From Malacoraja senta (taxonomy: Eukaryota): a DNA stretch of 64,000 nucleotides. Positions 62,117 to 64,000 of the stretch are shown here, piece by piece. The notes beneath the pieces are model-generated. The model did not search any database and had not been told where the DNA came from. It worked only from the letters and a program-made list of their open reading frames with translations. Within the stretch, counting starts at the first letter, position 1. Each line of letters opens with the position of its first letter. The stretch covers positions 62,001-126,000 of the forward strand of contig JAXLNO010000113.1 of NCBI GenBank assembly GCA_038087875.1. Reading direction: 5' to 3'. The translations under genes were made by a program, and so were the position numbers.

Positions 62117-63689
62117 CTGAAAAAAACATATTCATTATTTTCATCTCATTGCTCATACCATCTCAATCCTTACTTTGCTCCATTGTGTCCCAGAGTTAAA
62201 ACTGACTTAAATCCGAAATAAATTTGGGCGCACTGAGGTTTTTTTTTGTGTGTGTGTGTGGGGGGGGGGGGGGGGGGGGGGTTGGTGATTCAAAGATTGG
62301 AAGGTTTGATGGAGAAAATTCAGAAATTGGAAGATGGCAAGAAAACCAGCCAGATTCTCACGAATGACTGACTGCTGGTTGGCAATTTTGGTTGGATCAT
62401 AGGCATACGAACAGCAGGCAGAGACCTGAGTGTGTGGCTGTGAAGGCCTCGTGACTGAACATCCTATTAACAATTGCAACTCGTGACATGAGAGGACTTT
62501 GTTTACTAGATAGTTGTGAGAAACTCAAAGGCCGTTGCCACTTCTTTCTGTGAACTCTCACAAACGTTCGTTACTTCTTTCATGAATGGAGGGGAGAACA
62601 TTAGAAAAGGAAAATACACCATACACAGTTCTGCAGAAATAACCGGAATGGGCCAATCAATATTTGAAATGCATTCAAAAAAATACATCAGACATGGTTA
62701 TTGAAAAATTGTGTGTTAGTAAGGAAAGTTAATAATAATGTTAAGACAGTCTTATAGTAAATAGCACTTCTGGCAATTTCACTGTGTGTTCTATTCAAAT
62801 TTGTGGATTATTACATAAGGTCACATAAAATAATTTTTTAAATACACAAATAAAGACTATAACATTTTTAAATAGTACACTCTTCAATTTTAGCTGCAGT
62901 AAAATCATACACTTGTTTTAATAAAGCCCCTTTATCCAGACAACATGATAAAGGTATTTCCAAATATCTATTGCCAACACCACAGAATGCATTGTACATT
63001 ACCAGCTGCAGTGTGCTGTCATAAACCCCTCTGCATCAGTCAATTTAGGTACAATAGCTTAGTGATTATCCTGAAGGCCACAAGTTCAAGTGCCAGAGGG
63101 GCAAATGGCAAAATAATGACAATTCAGTAACCTCTGGGTTTACTCAGACAATGAGCACAAAGGCTGCTGGATTGTTCTAAAAAACCATAATGGTTTGTTC
63201 ATGTCCTTCAGAGAAATAATACGCCAGATTCTATCAGTAATATGAATCCAATTATTAACATTGTTATTTATTTGTAATGGTGCAGGGCCAACTATAAATG
63301 GGAGATAAAAACTGAATCACCAATGTTACCTGTTCCTCAAGAACAAAGTTTTAAACAACAATATTATAATTTGATGCTGCTGGTGTCGAAGGTTAAATAA
63401 AAATTTAACATTCATGCACGGTAACTTTGCAATTAAAATATAAAACTTGAACAAAAGAGTCAAGGTTCTCAAAAGCACCTTCTTGTATTTAAACATAGCT
63501 TGATTGAAATTAAAACAACTGAAGTAAAAACAGAAGCAACTGGAAATGCAGATCAAGTCAGAAAATTATGCATGGAGAGTCGTTTCATTTATCTGTTGAC
63601 ATATTCACATTTAAAAACATCTTCTGTAAAATTTCTAATGCCAGAGCTTTCTTCAGCAGGAGAGAAGTAACTGAAAACTTACTTAAGTA

Positions 63690-63905
63690 CAATCATAGAA
63701 ATGGAGAGAGACCCTTCGGCCAACGCTCAGGTTAACTCACAAGCACCCATTCGCACTAGCCCTATTTTATTCTCCTCCCATTCCCATCTACCGCCAGATT
63801 CCACCACTCACCTACAATCAGCATGTCGTTGAGATGTGTTAGGAAGATGGAGTACTTGGAGGAAACTAACAGTCACAAGAGAAATGTTCGAATTTCACTC
63901 AGGCA
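63690..63905 (-). mobile_element. Degenerate HE1-like SINE
   Basis: Diverged reverse-complement similarity to the body and tail of 43381-43678. Confidence 0.45.
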
Positions 63906-64000
63906 GAAGCAGAAGCAGCATTATCTGAATGGTGTCTGGTTAGGAAAAGGGGAAGTACAACGAGACCTGGGTGTCCTAGGATACAAGTCACTGAAAGTAA

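Noticed and set aside
62260..62282. Long G runs here and at 32953-32973 as functional G-quadruplexes
   Set aside because: Simple homopolymers of unreliable length with no other support.

Overview
Vertebrate genomic DNA, most likely a cartilaginous fish (skate, ray or shark), judged from HE1-type V-SINEs and elasmobranch-style CR1 3' ends. The host gene is the 3' part of MBD5 on the minus strand. Four large coding exons splice in consistent phase (62116-60026, 50843-49851, 34759-34545, 32236-31022); the last carries the first half of the PWWP domain. A diverged candidate terminal exon lies at 17910-17815, and the MBD-domain exons are outside the window. Introns and downstream DNA hold many, often nested, mobile elements: (1) a full-length DIRS1-like tyrosine-recombinase retrotransposon with perfect ITR/ICR ends but decayed ORFs (12555-17430); (2) a near-intact DD34E Tc1 inside a TSD-flanked L1-like fragment; (3) a HERO/NeSL-type RLE retrotransposon flanked by an unexpected 68-bp direct repeat; (4) a Rex1/Babar LINE whose FADD motif is split by an 810-bp non-coding retro-element; (5) many CR1 pieces and a Harbinger-type MITE; (6) Penelope-like elements with minimal hammerhead-ribozyme motifs, including tiny TSD-flanked and palindromic derivatives. 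The best leads are the hammerhead mini-elements, the pseudo-LTR and structured 3' UTR of the RLE element, the DIRS element, and the apparently decaying second half of the MBD5 PWWP domain. All family names come from motif recognition; no database search was run.
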